57,707 nucleotides of DNA, taken from positions 1 through 57,707 of the IMG/VR virus record IMGVR_UViG_3300025276_000004; one strand, 5' to 3'. This document shows, piece after piece, positions 37,101-46,927 of the stretch (the first letter of the stretch is position 1; each line of letters opens with the position of its first letter). The notes beneath the pieces were generated by a model. That model had not been told where the DNA came from and ran no database searches. It was given only the letters and a program-made list of their open reading frames with translations. The translations under genes were made by a program, and so were the position numbers. The DNA is from a virus. Its lineage: Duplodnaviria > Caudoviricetes.

Positions 37101-38240
37101 TCCAAGACCCTTGAGTCCAAACCTATCAAGGATAGATTGAGCAATACCAGATCCAATGGCTAGTGCTGCAGATTTATTATCATTGTCACCCTCCATGTCA
37201 TTCCATGTCTGACCTGCGTAAAGGCCCATTGGAAGGGAGAAAGATAATCCCATAGTAGGTGCAGCTGTAAGAGCTGCGGCGGCTGTAGCTGCCATGTAGG
37301 GCAGTGAGAGAGCCATCGTACTTCCTAGGTATTCAAATGCATTAGAAATACTTTCAACATCCTTATAGTCATTAATTATATAACCATAGTCTTGCATCTT
37401 AGCATTCTGTCTTGCTACTCCATCTTCACCCCAAGACTCTAACCCTTCCAAGCCTGTCCTTGCACCTAGGAGATTTGCAATCCCATATGCACTTTCACCT
37501 ACACTCATCCAGCCTTGTTCCCAAGCATCTGAAACAGGATTAAGCGACTTGTTGTTGAGGCTCACACCATAATGCTCTGTGTCTACAGAACGTATAAAGT
37601 ACTTGTCTATTTGAGCTTCAGCTTGTTTACGTGACATGCCTTTACTATCCATGAAGTAATCTATGTAACGCATACGCTCTGCTTCGTTAGACAATGCAGA
37701 CCTCATACCACGTTGCTTAGATCCTTCAGCTCGTTCTGCATTCTCAATATCAAAAGCTGCTTTATCAAATGCAGTGGTGTTATAACTACCTCCATAGAGT
37801 TGGCTATCTCTTTCACCTTCAGCTTGAAGGGCACGAATTCTATCATCCTTAGATGTAAAAGCTGTGTTCTCTACAGCACCGGACTCAAGTAGTCGAGTAG
37901 TAAAGCTGTGACCACTACTGTTCACAAGCTGAACCATCTGACGATTACCTTGACCTTTAGCTAACTGAGGAGACCCATCAGGGTTAAACAGGGGCTTAAC
38001 ATTAGTAAACCCCTGTTCATTTGCAAGCTTAGAGATTATATCAGTAGTCGCTTGACCACCAGCAGTACCTTCAGAGAACCCATTGTTACCTAAATACTTA
38101 GATACCTCTGCGCTGTTATACCCCTCAATCCGATAGTTTGGGCCATCGGGGTTGTTAAGAGTGTCACCATCTATAAATGTATAGTTAGTTCCAGCTAAAG
38201 TATTGGGTTGGTATGACTGAATACTTTCACGTAATCCCAT
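34113..38240 (-). CDS. Large internal virion (ejection) protein with an N-terminal thermonuclease-like segment
   Basis: 1375 aa; IDGDTL..YRIEGYNSAE; EGLTEVGQE and LFTQFQGF motifs resemble large phage ejection proteins. Confidence 0.7.
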   Translation of the reverse strand: MGLRESIQSYQPNTLAGTNYTFIDGDTLNNPDGPNYRIEGYNSAEVSKYLGNNGFSEGTAGGQATTDIISKLANEQGFTNVKPLFNPDGSPQLAKGQGNRQMVQLVNSSGHSFTTRLLESGAVENTAFTSKDDRIRALQAEGERDSQLYGGSYNTTAFDKAAFDIENAERAEGSKQRGMRSALSNEAERMRYIDYFMDSKGMSRKQAEAQIDKYFIRSVDTEHYGVSLNNKSLNPVSDAWEQGWMSVGESAYGIANLLGARTGLEGLESWGEDGVARQNAKMQDYGYIINDYKDVESISNAFEYLGSTMALSLPYMAATAAAALTAAPTMGLSFSLPMGLYAGQTWNDMEGDNDNKSAALAIGSGIAQSILDRFGLKGLGGFRKNPAKAIAEDIPKEYALLNQVTLNEAKQIIREAADQSVGAFAKEAESIAKKQLTFKAASKRIMGGVGVGSVTEGLTEVGQEAIGYSAAVLGSDKVFDMEEFQDRLANAAVAGTALGGTFSIPGSVTNQVGWMDAAARFGDPISDTETEQYKQDEIQKYGTVRSIPQVLSGLRDKIANRKRENNSLSKRAYDSMLVGSGMQVPNDGPITINDLAEEHVANESSKPFSEIGTNKLMNISGLWQGGVTNAWKEAVKISASARAGASILGGLLTPLHGGAGLEAAQHHKVTEYKNMVPLPSKVYKRFGLKSFLGIHSTRKKAEISDRIYSVLNEATDSKTGEFNSDLIPEGTAQRAEIVLIGNELIKLGNKMRDDQINAGSEMGNVTNYLHKFKSLDKGAVQANQEGFRQALMSEFSNIDSAEAKRIVDNIIDNPTVTSLGEAMQSNVGSLNPSSHQKRTMNLSEKDAFKDFYNRDIFANVANAAKSAARYTTQMQYVGKDGEVFSEILNNMLEEGVSRELVAKVAFKTRDILEAVSGNYNRPKTDAGKKLMRFQKSAMFWMTLSALPLATFSSLPELAMTQGALSNEQIFGKNGSIKSITREFVEKFIPQLEKVEADIEDVLMQRNPGTEGERMMVELGYYQWDVGAATVAGVSEVNDNRRTAMEAFFRVTGLTAWTDFTRAVRGAMAYDFIQINAKILGDTEYAESTLFDPETGIVIERESNGGNKKNNKFTREAQEAEQKLRSLGVPVEQFVAIQYKVENAKGGVNSLTPEEKALWEQTIKEATFNFINQAIPIPGAANRPLLYQDPRYALFTQFQGFISTFTANQLPRMWNDYLKRGTPQMKYNTFVLMSTMIALGFFSQAMKDLIKFDDDDDDQGTLGNPYLDTPEYVRRGVFASGLAGTGERLIDMVAPIYGQRSNGIGDWIYNQATGESPSLGYVGRLADAGMNLAGGDVERAVYQGLKSAPLIGPLTDNNKRAASFLTGGGWNYKEND

Positions 38241-38263
38241 TATAATCTCCTTGAAGTTTGTCT

Positions 38264-41200
38264 TTAGTCAGTTAAGCCTTCTAGTAAGTATAGCATCATA
38301 CCACTTTTACGATCTTTAGGTGGTAAATTCTTAGAACCCCTGTCGTTGTATTCTTTCTGGTCTTCGGGGTCCATGTCTACCCACTCCAAATAAGCATCTT
38401 GCTTCATTAACCAAGTAGAGAACTGGGTGTCATTCATAATCTCTATTCCATTACCTTGACCAACATTCCTTAGAGTGTCAAAGAAACTCCTAACATTAGC
38501 AACAGGTACTGGGGTTGTCTGATCTGCTAACATAAAGGCTGATGCATTCTTAGTCTTAGATTCAATCCATGATCGTTGGAAGTATCCTTCGATAGCACTT
38601 TCATTTATGTTCTTTAGCTTACCATCTTTAGCATCAGTAACCATTTCATTATAAATGTTTGACATGATACCAGTCATTGCTTGCTCTTGAACTCCATTAG
38701 CTAACATGTATGACACAGCCTGATCGGCAAAAGAAGATGGCGTAATCTGCAGGTGAGGGGTACGCTCTGCTTTAGTTTCACCTGTAGTCCTGTTCTTATC
38801 AAGTTCTTGAAACTCAGTTACACGAGTTGCAAATGACTTAACCAACCTAGTATTGTAAGCATCATTTTCTACAGATCCTTGAGCATACCTAGCATCTGTT
38901 GTTGATGTTTGGAAATTAACTGGAGTAACCCCATCAGGCATCATCAATCTAATACTACCAGTTGTAGGGTCTTTCATCTTCATGCCTGTAAATCTTTGAC
39001 CAGTTGCTACATCAAACCTTTCTTCAGTCACTCCTGTATTAACAAGAGAAACTCCCTTAAGGATTAAGTCATTTGGGTTCATAGATTTTTTATAGAGAGC
39101 TAAAGTTTTCTTTGTGTGCTTACCTGCCAATGCTACTTTTTGATAAGTGTTTTCTTTAGCGTCTGATCTAGATATGTATTGTTTACCAGCAAAAGCTAGA
39201 GCTTGATTACCACTAAGACCAGTTGCTCTTGCACCTAAGTACATAACAGCTGCCCTCATTAGCTCCTTCTTATCAAATATGTCCCCAAAGAAATCCTTTA
39301 AAGCACTCTTCGCTTCTGGTATTTCTGAAGAATTTTCAGGTACATCCGGTAAGTCTTTTACCTTAGGGTTAGGTTTATTAGATCCTTCTGCCGCTATTAT
39401 ACCATCAAGTTTTTGATTCATAGTCTGAACCATCTGCTTGTTACCTAGTTTCTTAGCAGCGTTTCTTTCAGCCTCAGTCCTAGGTTCTTCAGCACCTTTA
39501 ACAGTGTCTACTAATGGAGGAGATTCTATTGTTAATCTACTATCTAGTGTAGGTGCATTGATTGGGGCCATATAAGGAGGTGTTAAGTCCTTAGTTATTT
39601 TATTTTGATCTAACAGAGATTGTCCTACAACATTTGATGTCTCAACTAAAGGTTGTATATTAGTTCTAATGTCATCAATTGCCCTTAACATATTGTTACG
39701 CATGTCAATTGGAAGTTCAGGATTATCATTTAAGAATTTTTGAATACCATCAATCTCAGATTGCTTCTGATTTATCTCACTATTAATTGGAGCTAATTGT
39801 AAATCCATAGCTTCAGATTTATTAATATTTTGGTCAACTTTAAATTGATCTATTTCAGATAATATCCTAATGTCTTCTTCGGTTCTAGGTCCACCTCTCT
39901 CATCCATACGCCGCCTCATATTCAACTGTCTCTCAGTTAGTTGATTATCTAGTTGAGTTGAAAAGTAATCAACTGGTAGATCTCTAAAGTCCCTATCACC
40001 ATTAGGTAACTGCGGGTTAATATCAGGTAAATCAGGATCAATATTATTAAGTTTAAACCGCCGAGTATAAACTTCTTGAGCTGTTAGATTTCCGGGGGCA
40101 GTAGGTAGAGAGCTTTGTATATACCTTTCTAACTCTAATTGTGTCATCTGTTCAAATGGACTTGAATAAGAACTCAAATCTGGAGGTGCATTCTGATAGG
40201 GTACTCCACGATCAGACTCATTATAAGAAATTGGTACAGGGTTACGCACCTCTTCATCAATTTTAGAAACTCTCATATCATGATCAGTTAGGGCCTTCCT
40301 TTCATCCTTTTTAAAAGTCGCGCTCTCCATATTGTTCACTAGCTCCTGACGTTTAGCTGGCTCTGAGTACATAGGAGGGGGCAACATACCTTGATCAAAC
40401 TTAGTTAGCTTATCACGAGCATCACGTTTAAACCAAGAGTTGTTAACGTCTTCTTGAAGACTCTGACGGGCCATCTCATCTATACTTTGAGAGGAGTTGT
40501 TTAAAAGCGCTTCGTCATCAACTTCTGGGCTATTCATACCAAGTGCGTTTTTAACCCAATCACCAAAGTTAAGATGTTGAATACTTCCTCCAGAGTTAGC
40601 AGTCGTTAGCGACTCTTCTTTCAAGTCAGTACTATAGTCCTTGCCCTGATAAGAAAATACACCACCACCACCACCATGAGCAGCCCTACCTGCAGAGAAT
40701 GCTTCACCAAAAGATTGCTCTCTTGGTAATGGGGCTGGATTAGGTGCGTCTGGATTAGGTGCGGCTGTATTAGGTGCGGCTCCATAGTTATTTGGGGCCA
40801 TAGGCTGGAAATCTCTTCCATAGTTATTTGGGGCCATAGGCTGGAAATCTCTTCCATAGTTATTTGGGGCCATAGGCTGGAAATCTCTTCCATAGTCCCT
40901 TGGGTTTGGAGGAGCAAGGCTTTGTTCGGGGACAGAAAGGGGGTCATTTGCAAGGGAGCTTGGTAGAAAGGTGGTTTGTATCGGTGATACAGGTCCTCCT
41001 TGATACGGAGAATCTTGTAAAGGGTTCACTATAAGTTCAGCCGATTGATTACTCGGAGGACGTGGATTATTTAAAGAGTTACCTGTGCCAAATGCTTCAA
41101 CACCATATCCTTGTCCGGGCCTTGGTACATCAAAATTAGATTGAACTGGATTTTGAGCTAAGAAAACATTAACCAAGTCTTCAGAACGAACATTAGTTTG

Positions 41201-41842
41201 CTCAGACCAATCGCTATCATCTGCCTCAAAGGCAGCTTTAGTGTAGTCACCTGCTTCAACAGCTTCCCGCATCTTTTTAAATTTAGATTGACCAGCACCA
41301 CCAAGTTGAAATGCCATGTTAGTCAGTCCATCTTGAACAGGTACTGGTAATTCATTCCAGTTAGAAAAGTTCTTTTCTGCAGCAGATCTAGCAGTACTTA
41401 AATCGTTTTTAAGCATCTGATCTAACTCAGCTTTAGTGTATGGCTTATGCTTTGTACTTTCGCTTTTACCATCCCATGCATATTTTTTAAAACTAGCTGG
41501 GAGTTTGTGACCAGTACCTATAGTGGCATGTCCTTCGCTATCTATATACACGTAGTCTCGAAAACCTTCACGATTTTCAAGATTCTGTATCCAAGGTATA
41601 GCTTGAGACTGTTCAGTAGATATCCTACCTCGACCACTGGTTTCACCACCTAAGTTTAACTCCCTAGGAGGGATACCTTGTAACCCTATATTTTTAATTG
41701 CACGTTTCTGAAGACCTGCATCATTCATTTTTTGGATAGTAGGACCATACATTTGAGATGCTTCCTTGTTGAGAACAAATTCTCCCGGAGTAAGCATAGC
41801 GGGTACAGTATCCCTGTTAGTTGGATCTGTTTTATCAATCAT
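38264..41842 (-). CDS. Internal virion protein with a lysozyme (GH24-like) domain
   Basis: DTVPAMLTPGEFV N-terminus; EGFRDYVYIDSEGHATIGTGH, NMAFQLG, FKKM, SDWSEQT..R. Confidence 0.8.
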   Translation of the reverse strand: MIDKTDPTNRDTVPAMLTPGEFVLNKEASQMYGPTIQKMNDAGLQKRAIKNIGLQGIPPRELNLGGETSGRGRISTEQSQAIPWIQNLENREGFRDYVYIDSEGHATIGTGHKLPASFKKYAWDGKSESTKHKPYTKAELDQMLKNDLSTARSAAEKNFSNWNELPVPVQDGLTNMAFQLGGAGQSKFKKMREAVEAGDYTKAAFEADDSDWSEQTNVRSEDLVNVFLAQNPVQSNFDVPRPGQGYGVEAFGTGNSLNNPRPPSNQSAELIVNPLQDSPYQGGPVSPIQTTFLPSSLANDPLSVPEQSLAPPNPRDYGRDFQPMAPNNYGRDFQPMAPNNYGRDFQPMAPNNYGAAPNTAAPNPDAPNPAPLPREQSFGEAFSAGRAAHGGGGGVFSYQGKDYSTDLKEESLTTANSGGSIQHLNFGDWVKNALGMNSPEVDDEALLNNSSQSIDEMARQSLQEDVNNSWFKRDARDKLTKFDQGMLPPPMYSEPAKRQELVNNMESATFKKDERKALTDHDMRVSKIDEEVRNPVPISYNESDRGVPYQNAPPDLSSYSSPFEQMTQLELERYIQSSLPTAPGNLTAQEVYTRRFKLNNIDPDLPDINPQLPNGDRDFRDLPVDYFSTQLDNQLTERQLNMRRRMDERGGPRTEEDIRILSEIDQFKVDQNINKSEAMDLQLAPINSEINQKQSEIDGIQKFLNDNPELPIDMRNNMLRAIDDIRTNIQPLVETSNVVGQSLLDQNKITKDLTPPYMAPINAPTLDSRLTIESPPLVDTVKGAEEPRTEAERNAAKKLGNKQMVQTMNQKLDGIIAAEGSNKPNPKVKDLPDVPENSSEIPEAKSALKDFFGDIFDKKELMRAAVMYLGARATGLSGNQALAFAGKQYISRSDAKENTYQKVALAGKHTKKTLALYKKSMNPNDLILKGVSLVNTGVTEERFDVATGQRFTGMKMKDPTTGSIRLMMPDGVTPVNFQTSTTDARYAQGSVENDAYNTRLVKSFATRVTEFQELDKNRTTGETKAERTPHLQITPSSFADQAVSYMLANGVQEQAMTGIMSNIYNEMVTDAKDGKLKNINESAIEGYFQRSWIESKTKNASAFMLADQTTPVPVANVRSFFDTLRNVGQGNGIEIMNDTQFSTWLMKQDAYLEWVDMDPEDQKEYNDRGSKNLPPKDRKSGMMLYLLEGLTD
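40782..40896. repeat. Perfect 36-bp tandem repeat, three copies plus a partial (encodes YGRDFQPMAPNN)
   Basis: ccatagttatttggggccataggctggaaatctctt at 40782, 40818 and 40854. Confidence 0.95.
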
Positions 41843-41855
41843 GTTGTTCTCCTAA

Positions 41856-42770
41856 TTATCCAAAGAGTGCTGCAAGGAATGGTCCCACTACAGGTATTGA
41901 CCCCATAGCAGCTTTCATTGCCACACTCCCAGCCATCTTACCCAATGCTGTATCTACACCTTTACCAGCAACTTTCATACCTATTGCATTCCCAATCTCT
42001 GCTAATGGCCCTTGACCTTGAGAAAATTGAGCTTGTTGCATTTGACGTTGTTGTAATTGTTCTTCAGGTAGCATACTTCTAGCAACTTGGCTTACACCAC
42101 CTACGTTATACCCTACAGGGCCATCCATAGTACCCATGTTATAGCCAACAGGTTTTTTCATGCCACCCATGTTGTATCCTATGGGGCCACCATAGTTAAA
42201 TCTACTGTTAATATACCCATCATCATCAGATAAATTTGATGCATTTGTTTTTTCCTTAGCCTTTGGTTTACTAAACACTGCATCTTTTATACCACCAAAG
42301 TAATCGCCAACTCTACCAAAGTTACCAACACCATCAGCACCTCCACCAGAAAAAAGTGGTTCCCTTTCACTTGTATAACCTTGAAAAGAACTATCAGCAC
42401 CTGAGTAATCATAACCAGCACTATCATCATAGTACTCATTATAAAATGGTTTATACAGATCACCACCGGGTTGATTTCTTTCTTCCATCTTGTCTTCACC
42501 AGAAGATGTATTACCTGCATTTTTAATTTGAGATTGAAGTCCAATTAATGCAGCAGCTTCTCTTAGTTTCTTTTGTTCTAAAGCTAATGCATGATAATCA
42601 GGAACCCCTTCACCACCACCAGTATACGAGAGTGTTGCAGCATTAGCTGACATCGGACCCATCATATAATTAGCAATCGCAGAAGCAGCATTACCCCCAG
42701 CTGGTAGACCAGTAGCAGTAGCAGGTTGCACTGTACCACCTTCCTGATACCTTTGTATAATACGTTGCAT
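41856..42770 (-). CDS. Internal virion protein with repeated YNxGG motifs
   Basis: 304 aa, Gly rich, C-terminal amphipathic IPVVGPFLAALFG. Confidence 0.65.
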   Translation of the reverse strand: MQRIIQRYQEGGTVQPATATGLPAGGNAASAIANYMMGPMSANAATLSYTGGGEGVPDYHALALEQKKLREAAALIGLQSQIKNAGNTSSGEDKMEERNQPGGDLYKPFYNEYYDDSAGYDYSGADSSFQGYTSEREPLFSGGGADGVGNFGRVGDYFGGIKDAVFSKPKAKEKTNASNLSDDDGYINSRFNYGGPIGYNMGGMKKPVGYNMGTMDGPVGYNVGGVSQVARSMLPEEQLQQRQMQQAQFSQGQGPLAEIGNAIGMKVAGKGVDTALGKMAGSVAMKAAMGSIPVVGPFLAALFG

Positions 42771-43456
42771 TACTTCCCTCCACCCGTTCTTGTAGAAGTG
42801 CTACCTATAGCTGGAGATCCATAAAGACCAAACAATCTTTGAACTCCTTGATAAGCAGCGTCACCTTCGTTTTGATTCTGTTGTTGTAGAGCTGTACCTA
42901 CTTGTCCTAGTGTGTTAGCACCAGCACCAAACTGTTGCTGTAAAGTATTACCTGCACCTAGTACACCACCAGCACCTGATAAAGCTGCCGAGCGTCTATT
43001 GGCTAATTCTGCAGCTGCCATATCACCACCTACCTTCATAGCAGATGAGTCCATAGACTGTTGTGCTCTAGCACCACCGAGGTTGCCTGTACGTGTAAAC
43101 TGACCTTTCTGTTGACCTATGATGTCACCTACTGCAGTTCCAATAGAATCTTTCATAGCTGTAGTCTGTTGACCTAATGCATCTGCACCAAAGATACCAG
43201 TACCAGAAGCAGCATCTCTGTAAGCTTGAGTAGCTCCGTAACTGTCTGCTGCAACTTGATCGTAAACACCACCTGCACCACCAAGTTCTTTCTGTCTTTC
43301 AAAAGCAGTTACTTGTTCTGGAGTTAACCCCGATACATTCTCATACGCTCCCGATTTGTATAAATCTACAGCACTACCTAGACTGTCTTCAACATAGGGT
43401 TGAGCCCACGCTGGCAAACTTGTTGAAGTTGTTTGTGAATTTCCACCACCGCCCAT
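42770..43456 (-). CDS. Internal virion/DNA-ejection protein (P22 gp7-like)
   Basis: MGGGGNSQTTST.LPAWAQPY start, Gly/Ala/Gln rich, ends GGGK. Confidence 0.7.
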   Translation of the reverse strand: MGGGGNSQTTSTSLPAWAQPYVEDSLGSAVDLYKSGAYENVSGLTPEQVTAFERQKELGGAGGVYDQVAADSYGATQAYRDAASGTGIFGADALGQQTTAMKDSIGTAVGDIIGQQKGQFTRTGNLGGARAQQSMDSSAMKVGGDMAAAELANRRSAALSGAGGVLGAGNTLQQQFGAGANTLGQVGTALQQQNQNEGDAAYQGVQRLFGLYGSPAIGSTSTRTGGGK

Positions 43457-43458
43457 AA

Positions 43459-43851
43459 TTAAACCTCCTTGATGAGCGTTATAAACGGCTCATAATATCC
43501 ATATTTCTTTAAGGCTTTCGCCCAACCTTTACGCCCATACACTACAGTTCTTTTACAGTTAGTAGATTGTGCGAACTCTTCTAGTATTTTTAATAACTCT
43601 GGCCCATGTGTGAACCACCCCGGAGATGTACAGGCAACAACAGCTAACTGCCGCCTACCTTCTATTTCTTCAAAGCGAGTTATGCAAACACCACCTTCTT
43701 CTCTCACCCAACACTGACCTACTGCGCCTAGACACTGTAAGAATAATCCATGAGATGTAACAACACCACTACCATGTACTATAGCTTCTTCTATTTGTGG
43801 TTTTATTATATGCCATTGATCAGCCAACTCAGGGCCACTTAATAATCTCAT
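43459..43851 (-). CDS. Head-assembly protein, GNAT-like (T7 gp13/P22 gp14 position)
   Basis: LEEFA....C......GRKGW.K.L...GY. Confidence 0.6.
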   Translation of the reverse strand: MRLLSGPELADQWHIIKPQIEEAIVHGSGVVTSHGLFLQCLGAVGQCWVREEGGVCITRFEEIEGRRQLAVVACTSPGWFTHGPELLKILEEFAQSTNCKRTVVYGRKGWAKALKKYGYYEPFITLIKEV

Positions 43852-43862
43852 TTATTATTTCC

Positions 43863-44249
43863 TTATGTTGGTTCAGTAGGCCATGTTACAGTGTGTGGAA
43901 ATCCAGATGACTCTGGAAGATCTAGGAGAGCCCTTCTATAGACTCTCCATTCTTCTTGTTTATCTAAAGATAATTCTAACCAACGTAAATTATTACTAAC
44001 TACAGGGTCAACTTTTCTAACTAACAAATACTTACGAGTAAGTCTAACACGAGATGCTTCTAAATCATAAAGCCATTGATCTGTAGGTGCTACCCAGTCA
44101 GTTCCATTATACGTGTAACCTTCGCTAGGCTGAATAGATACAGGTGTTGTACCATCTAGGTAAGAATTTAATGTATTTAAATCAGGAGGCTCATTTGTTT
44201 CCCAGTATCCTATATCAGGATGGTAAAAACCTCTGTGGTTATCTTTCAT
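43863..44249 (-). CDS. Tail fibre assembly chaperone
   Basis: VR..R..LL, W..YRRALLDLP...GFP..V.WP..P. Confidence 0.75.
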   Translation of the reverse strand: MKDNHRGFYHPDIGYWETNEPPDLNTLNSYLDGTTPVSIQPSEGYTYNGTDWVAPTDQWLYDLEASRVRLTRKYLLVRKVDPVVSNNLRWLELSLDKQEEWRVYRRALLDLPESSGFPHTVTWPTEPT

Positions 44250-44260
44250 AATTTAACTCC

Positions 44261-46927
44261 TTACCAACATTCTAAAATTCCAGTATAAGAATGGATTGAA
44301 TTTAATCTTGCAAATCTATAATAATGTTTATTAGGAATCATCCATACAGATCTTCCATCATTATCACTATCTCCATCATTAAAATTAACTTCAACATAAG
44401 AATTTATATTTACACCTGTTGACATTTGCATACCACCACTAAAATTTGTATATGATATAAACATAGCTGTTCCTTTTAAGTTTTGATAATGAGCAGTAGT
44501 ATTGTAAGTTCCATTTGCAATTTGTCTCCACCTTCCTGATCCTAAAGCTATATCACCAACAGTGTATTGCTGTGTTCCTCCTAAGATAGAAGAGAATTGA
44601 ACAGCACCAGCTCCACCAGCTCCACCAATAAAATCACCATTACCAGTACCATTACCAGTAAGGGTAGGTGTCGCACCTGCACCTATTGCAGTAACTTTAA
44701 CATAAATTTGTTTAAGTCCAATATAAGAAGAAGTGTCAAAAACTTGTGTGACTTTTTGACCTGCAAGTCCACCCATGCCAGCTCCACCTGAGCTATCAAG
44801 GATTTGATCTTGATCTCCCCCAGCTCCTCCTCCTCCAGAAGAAAAACCTGTAGCAGCTGACCCCGATTGGCGTTGAGATGGTGCTCCTGACCCAGCTCCA
44901 CCAAACTCTGAGGCTTGACCTACAGCTCCTGACCAAGGTGTTCCTAGTAGTGCATTTCTACCACCAAGTCCACCAGCCGCACTAATTGAAGATCCTATTT
45001 GAACAGAACCACTAGCACCCGGAACCCCTGCCCACACTTGAGCAGTTGTAGTTCCACCACTGTTGTTAAGACTAATTGATTGATCTAAATAGCCATCATC
45101 TCGTCCAAAACCACCAGCGCCACCTCCACCATAAGCAGTTATAGTAATACTAGCACCAGCATCTCCAGAATTAACTGAAGTAACAGTAGAAATAGTAGAA
45201 GTTCCTCCTGATGCTGATCCACCTGAAATTAATGTTGGATTTAATATTTGAAGACCAGTGTCTTCAGCATGGATAATTCCATGAATTTGACTATCAACAG
45301 ATGTGTGACTAACTTCAAATCCAATTTCTTGTACTTGACCACTACCAGAAAGAACTCCTTGAGTATTTCTAAATACAGTCCCAACAGTATTTGATGATGC
45401 TCCTGTGCTCGTAAATTGAGAACTACCAACAGCATATATTCTGTATTCTACACCAACTGACATAGAACCAGCTGCGATTATAGTAGGTCTTATTTCTCTA
45501 CCTACAAAAAATCCATCTGTATTGTATGCAGATGAGCTAACCCTACCTGCAATAAAACCAGAGTCACTACCAGATAATCTTAAATTTCCATCAATATCTA
45601 TTTGATTAGTTTTAATACTATTAGTAGTTATATTACCGCCATCAATAGCTGTAATTGTATTACCATCTAATGTGAAATCACCACCACTGAATGTAACAAG
45701 TCCTGAAAAAGATGTACTTTGAACAGGGGTAGATCCAGTCGCATTTGATGCTCCAGCAAAACCTGATGTATCTATAAAAAACAAATCTGAAGACCAAACT
45801 AAAGTTGTTGAAGAAGCTTGTTGAACACTGGGGATTAATGACCAACCTGAAGTAATCCCAGCAAGAGCACCTGTTGACCAAGTTAAAGTAGCGGATGGAG
45901 CAGACCCTTGGCTTCCAGCAACTGCAGATTTATATAAACGCTTTGTAGCAAACTTAGGTCCATTAGCTCCAGCATTCCCTGATGCTCTGTATATTGTCCA
46001 ACCTCCACCTGCAAATGATCCAGCATTATTGGTTCTAGTTATATTAGCAGAAGCAACCCAAAGACCTTGACCACTGCCAACATTTGGTACAGTTGTTGTC
46101 CATGTACCAGTGTTAGAAGCATTACCTGTCGATGAGTTAAAACCAGCATTATTTGCAATAGCAGAAGGTTGATTTATACTTGCATCATATAGATATAATG
46201 TTCGAGATACATCACCATTAGTTCCATTAGTTCCATTAGTTCCAGAACTTCCTGTAACTTGAGGAGTACTAAACTCAGACGAAGCTACTGTATCAGTTGT
46301 AGTGGTAGCAGATGCAATAGCAGATGAACTAAATAGAAACTCACCAATAGATAATGAAGGTGCAGTCTGTGTCCATCCATTGAGCGAACCACCTGACAAC
46401 GCTCCTGTAGAAAACGTATACGTAAATGTACCGCTGAACAATGAAGGTGCCGAACTAGATGAGTTTTTATTATGAAGCAATACAGTAGCATTATTTAACC
46501 CTGCTGGACCTGTTGGTCCCTGACCCCCCGGATTTCCATCATCTCCATTAGACGCAAGTAACACAGGTGTGTTCCAAGTGTTTGAATTTGTAATAGTATC
46601 AACTAGTTTAGATACATACCTAAAGGTAACCCATAGATATTTTAGAGTAGTTCCGGGTACAGCGCCAGTCCAACCGTTGTTAGCAGTAACTGTAACATCA
46701 TCTAAATCAGAGTAGTCATAAGATACAGATGTAGGTGCAGCTGGTGCAGTAGCACTAGCAGTTTTTTGATAAAGGTAAATTGTTGTATTACCATTAGCAC
46801 CAGCCCCATCAGAACCAGAGGGTGTGTTAACTCCCGGAAGCAGACCAATATTTAAATACTGTGTTATCTGATTTGTCCAAGAGTCTAAGACAGGATCACC
46901 TGTATAGGGTGGTCTTATAATAGACAT
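44261..46927 (-). CDS. Glycine-rich tail fibre/spike protein
   Basis: 888 aa, T/S/G rich, GGGGAGG blocks, shares a module with 1286..2644, followed by a chaperone gene. Confidence 0.75.
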   Translation of the reverse strand: MSIIRPPYTGDPVLDSWTNQITQYLNIGLLPGVNTPSGSDGAGANGNTTIYLYQKTASATAPAAPTSVSYDYSDLDDVTVTANNGWTGAVPGTTLKYLWVTFRYVSKLVDTITNSNTWNTPVLLASNGDDGNPGGQGPTGPAGLNNATVLLHNKNSSSSAPSLFSGTFTYTFSTGALSGGSLNGWTQTAPSLSIGEFLFSSSAIASATTTTDTVASSEFSTPQVTGSSGTNGTNGTNGDVSRTLYLYDASINQPSAIANNAGFNSSTGNASNTGTWTTTVPNVGSGQGLWVASANITRTNNAGSFAGGGWTIYRASGNAGANGPKFATKRLYKSAVAGSQGSAPSATLTWSTGALAGITSGWSLIPSVQQASSTTLVWSSDLFFIDTSGFAGASNATGSTPVQSTSFSGLVTFSGGDFTLDGNTITAIDGGNITTNSIKTNQIDIDGNLRLSGSDSGFIAGRVSSSAYNTDGFFVGREIRPTIIAAGSMSVGVEYRIYAVGSSQFTSTGASSNTVGTVFRNTQGVLSGSGQVQEIGFEVSHTSVDSQIHGIIHAEDTGLQILNPTLISGGSASGGTSTISTVTSVNSGDAGASITITAYGGGGAGGFGRDDGYLDQSISLNNSGGTTTAQVWAGVPGASGSVQIGSSISAAGGLGGRNALLGTPWSGAVGQASEFGGAGSGAPSQRQSGSAATGFSSGGGGAGGDQDQILDSSGGAGMGGLAGQKVTQVFDTSSYIGLKQIYVKVTAIGAGATPTLTGNGTGNGDFIGGAGGAGAVQFSSILGGTQQYTVGDIALGSGRWRQIANGTYNTTAHYQNLKGTAMFISYTNFSGGMQMSTGVNINSYVEVNFNDGDSDNDGRSVWMIPNKHYYRFARLNSIHSYTGILECW

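Noticed and set aside
40782-40896. CRISPR-like array
   Set aside because: 36-bp units are contiguous with no spacers and in frame within a CDS; no cas genes
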